Source of the DNA: Eledone cirrhosa
Taxonomy: Eukaryota
Assembly: GCA_964016885.1 (NCBI GenBank)
Contig: OZ024743.1
Coordinates: forward strand, 166,098,001 to 166,162,000
DNA length: 64,000 nucleotides
Reading direction: 5' to 3'
Shown: one piece after another, positions 61,184 to 64,000 of the stretch
Numbering within the stretch: the stretch's first letter is position 1
Layout: each line of letters opens with the position of its first letter
Notes under the pieces: model-generated
The model's database searches: none
Told to the model about the DNA's origin: nothing
Seen by the model: the letters and a program-made list of their open reading frames with translations, nothing else
Translations under genes and position numbers: made by a program

Positions 61184-62129
61184 ACCTACAAATCTGTCGA
61201 GAACATAAGCCAGATTGACTTCTTACTAGTTAGGCAGTGGGACAGGCAAATAGTGTCTAATACAATGGTATACTCTGGGGAAGAATGTACCCCACAGCAT
61301 AGGTTAGTCGTTAGTGATATCTCAGTAAGCAAAAGATGGAATGAGACATACAGGAAGGTGTGGAGAAGAAAGGTCTGGAAGCTAAAAGACCTTTCACTAA
61401 AATACAAATTTAGGAAAGCCCTTCAAGATGTATATGACGAAAAAGAAGAGGATTTAGAGACGCATGACATAGATAATAACTGAATTTCTTACGTGACAAC
61501 TTGCTGCAGGCTACTGATGAAACTTGTGACTGGAGCAGAGCTCCAACCAGACAGAGAGTGACCTGGTGGTGGAACAGCACGGTAGATAAGGCCATTAGAG
61601 ACAAAAGACTAGCATGGAAGGCTTGGAAGAAGGGTGGGAGTAGGGAAGAATATACAGCTGCTAAGAGAGAAGCTAGACGTCAGGTGTACTTAGCATGCAG
61701 GGAGACTGAGAGTAGGAGGTTTGCCAATGTTTTGCGACGGGAAGATCAGTGGCGTACAGTGTTCCACATTGCAAGGCAGTGTGTCAATGCAAATCAGGAT
61801 GTTGGTGGAGATAAATGTGTCCGGAATGATGCCGGTGTACTTAGTGTCACGAATGATCAGAAGAAGGAGGCCTGGAAATGTCATTATGAGAGACTGATGA
61901 ATGTGGAGAACAAATGGGAGAGAGAGAAATTACCCTTAGTAGATCCGACAGAGGGACCAGCTATTGAGATTGACGGATATAGGGTCCAAGAGGCGATTAA
62001 GGAAATGAAAAATGGTAAGGCTGCTGGACCGTCGGGGATAGTTGCTGAGATGCTGAAGGCATCAGGGGACGTAGGCACTAAACTGGTTGCACGCATCATC
62101 AATCAGGCTATATAAGGTGGTGTCATACC
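61181..62129 (+). mobile_element. RTE LINE internal fragment (same family as 48370-52620)
   Basis: QIDFLL..QHRLVV..RVTWWWN..GPSGIVAEMLKASG. Confidence 0.9.
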
Positions 62130-62199
62130 AAAATTTTATTTTAAGCGGTAACATTCCTGTAATAATTTTCCTGTAATAATTTTCACACAAGCGCCATAT

Positions 62200-62560
62200 T
62201 GCCAAAATTTCATTCGTAGGGAGAAACCTTTTGTACTCAACAGGGGTAGTAGTTCATTAAACTTTTTCCATACTGTCCTTATTCTCGGTACTATGCTCTT
62301 ATAGCACCCTCTTCTGCTGCTAATTATATCCCCTGGTAGCAGAAGTTGTCAACCACTTCTGTGGATCTTTCCTGATGTTGGAAAAGGTTTATATTATTTT
62401 TATTTTATTATTATTATTATTGACACTCTTACTATCAATTGACCATGAACATCTATTACATAAAAATTATTCATTTCCTGTTATCCTACTACACCTCTTG
62501 TGTAAGCAAAATTTACATTATGTAAATCATATAGAGTGTATGCCTACTCTTTTGCATACA
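62200..62560 (-). mobile_element. Old RTE LINE fragment
   Basis: Reverse-complement similarity to the PHD and RIRTGWKKF..KGFS region. Confidence 0.6.
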
Positions 62561-62911
62561 TGAACAACTGGAGGATAACATCACAGAATGAAGTGGTAAA
62601 GACTTCTCAACAACACAAGTCTTGGATCACAGCAGAGATAGATGGAGGGAGGTGGTACACTGCTCCACCTTGTAGTGACCCCATGGGCATGGATGGGATG
62701 GAGGTGGGGGCATAGAACCTGGAATTGATAGCAGCAGAAGTGGATTATTGGGGAGGTGCCTGACTGGATGATAGACAAGGTCATGAAATTAATATTTTGC
62801 TCCCATAATAGGTAGAACCATGCGAGTTTAATCTGCCCCTGCATAATGGTATACATCTATAGCTCAGTCGACTGTTTTATTCGAATAGTCCATGATACAG
62901 AAATCACTTAC

Positions 62912-62983
62912 CATATTCCCAAAATTTCATATTCTTTGCCTTGGAACTCTTTCTCACTTCAGCAATGGCAACAATAAGAGTGG
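62912..62983 (-). CDS. SLC30A9: SLC30A9 exon ((A)TLIVAIAEVRKSSKAKNMKFWEY(V))
   Basis: taacag acceptor, gtaagt donor, 72 bp, phase 1/1. Matches ZnT9 ATL.VA..E.R..A..M.F..YV. Upstream exons lie beyond the window. Confidence 0.9.
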
Positions 62984-63619
62984 CTGTTAAGAAAATGAGA
63001 AAATTAATTTTTTTGGGGGAAAAAAGGATGAGAAAGACCAAATTATAATCTTAATCGCTTTAAATAAAAACACTTTTTTCTAACCCTTTCATGACCACAT
63101 TGCTAATGAAATACACTTTATTTCAATTAATTAATGAAGAATTTTGAGAGATTTACTGAAATTTTAAATTCCTTTTATTACGAACTAGACAAATCCAATT
63201 GATTCTCCTTTGGAGAATGCTTTCTGTACATAGGATACTGTTCATGATATGGAAAAGAATTCAAGAAGTTGAAATTGATTATTGTGATTGCCAAAAGAAT
63301 GGAAAAAAATTGTAAAAATAAAATCAATGGTAAAATTATCAAATTATAATTTTTTTTAATTCCTTGGCACTCAAATATAAATAATGTAAATAAAAATTTA
63401 AAAGAAAAAAATAATAATAAATTAATTTAACAATAACCTTGCTGAGGTATCTAAAGTTCAGCAATTTTGTGATAAGGGGAAAATTGATTAAATAAACATC
63501 CAATAATTGACTTGTACTTTATTTTATTGACCTCAGAAGGATGAAAAGCAAAGTTGACCCCAGCAAGATTTGAAATAAGAATGAAAAGAGACTGAACAAA
63601 TAGTGAAGCATTTTATTGA

Positions 63620-63830
63620 CAGTGGCTTGGCAGAATCAATAGGGCGTCGTACAACATGCTTAGCGGCATAAAGTTACAGTCCTTTACGTTCTGAGTTCAA
63701 ATCCCGCCAAGTTTAGCTTTGACTTTCATCCTTACAGGATTGATAAAATAAAGTACCAGTAATGCACTAGAGTCAATTTAATTGACTTCCTCTTTCCCAA
63801 AAAATTGTTGGCCTTGTGCCTAAAGCAGAA
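63620..63830 (+). mobile_element. tRNA-derived SINE (Nin/Deu-like core)
   Basis: TGGCAGAATC..GAGTTCAAATCCCGCC..CTTTCATCCTTAC..GATAAAATAAAGTACCAGT..TTGTGCCTAAA. An older minus-strand copy lies at about 63500-63600. Confidence 0.8.
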
Positions 63831-64000
63831 AGCATCATTTATTACATTAATAGATAAATCCAGTTGATTCTCCTTTGGAGAATGCTGTTCAGAATATGGA
63901 AAAGCATTCAAGATTATTGATTATTGTGATTGCCAAAAGAATGAAAAAAATTATAAAAATAAAATCAATGGTAAAATTATCAAATGAATTATAATAAAAA

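Overview
AT-rich, repeat-dense animal genomic DNA. The RTE LINE and SINE repertoire suggests a coleoid cephalopod such as Octopus, but that is an inference. The only host gene is the 3' half of SLC30A9 (ZnT9, mitochondrial CDF zinc transporter) on the minus strand. Six coding exons (62912-62983, 28798-29008, 25923-25985, 24740-24866, 5751-5864, 4573-4617) splice in phase through GT-AG introns of 33.9, 2.8, 1.1, 18.9 and 1.1 kb. The introns and 3' flank are filled with decayed or nested transposable elements: RTE LINEs with a PHD-type finger inside the RT, a Tx1/L1 fragment, Penelope-like GIY-YIG remnants, Helitrons, a Buster-type hAT, a pogo/Tigger element, DD37D maT elements, a mariner derivative, a Sola2-like element, an LTR with a tRNA-Trp PBS, SINEs and microsatellites. 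The least obvious signals are: (i) several type I hammerhead ribozyme motifs, well-formed only antisense to the host gene, two with a CAGA core variant; (ii) a PBS that copies the tRNA past m1A58 with a mismatch exactly at that base; (iii) a spliceosomal intron inside the Tigger transposase; and (iv) several long, near-perfect intronic inverted repeats that could form dsRNA. TE boundaries without TIR or TSD support are approximate. No database searches were run.
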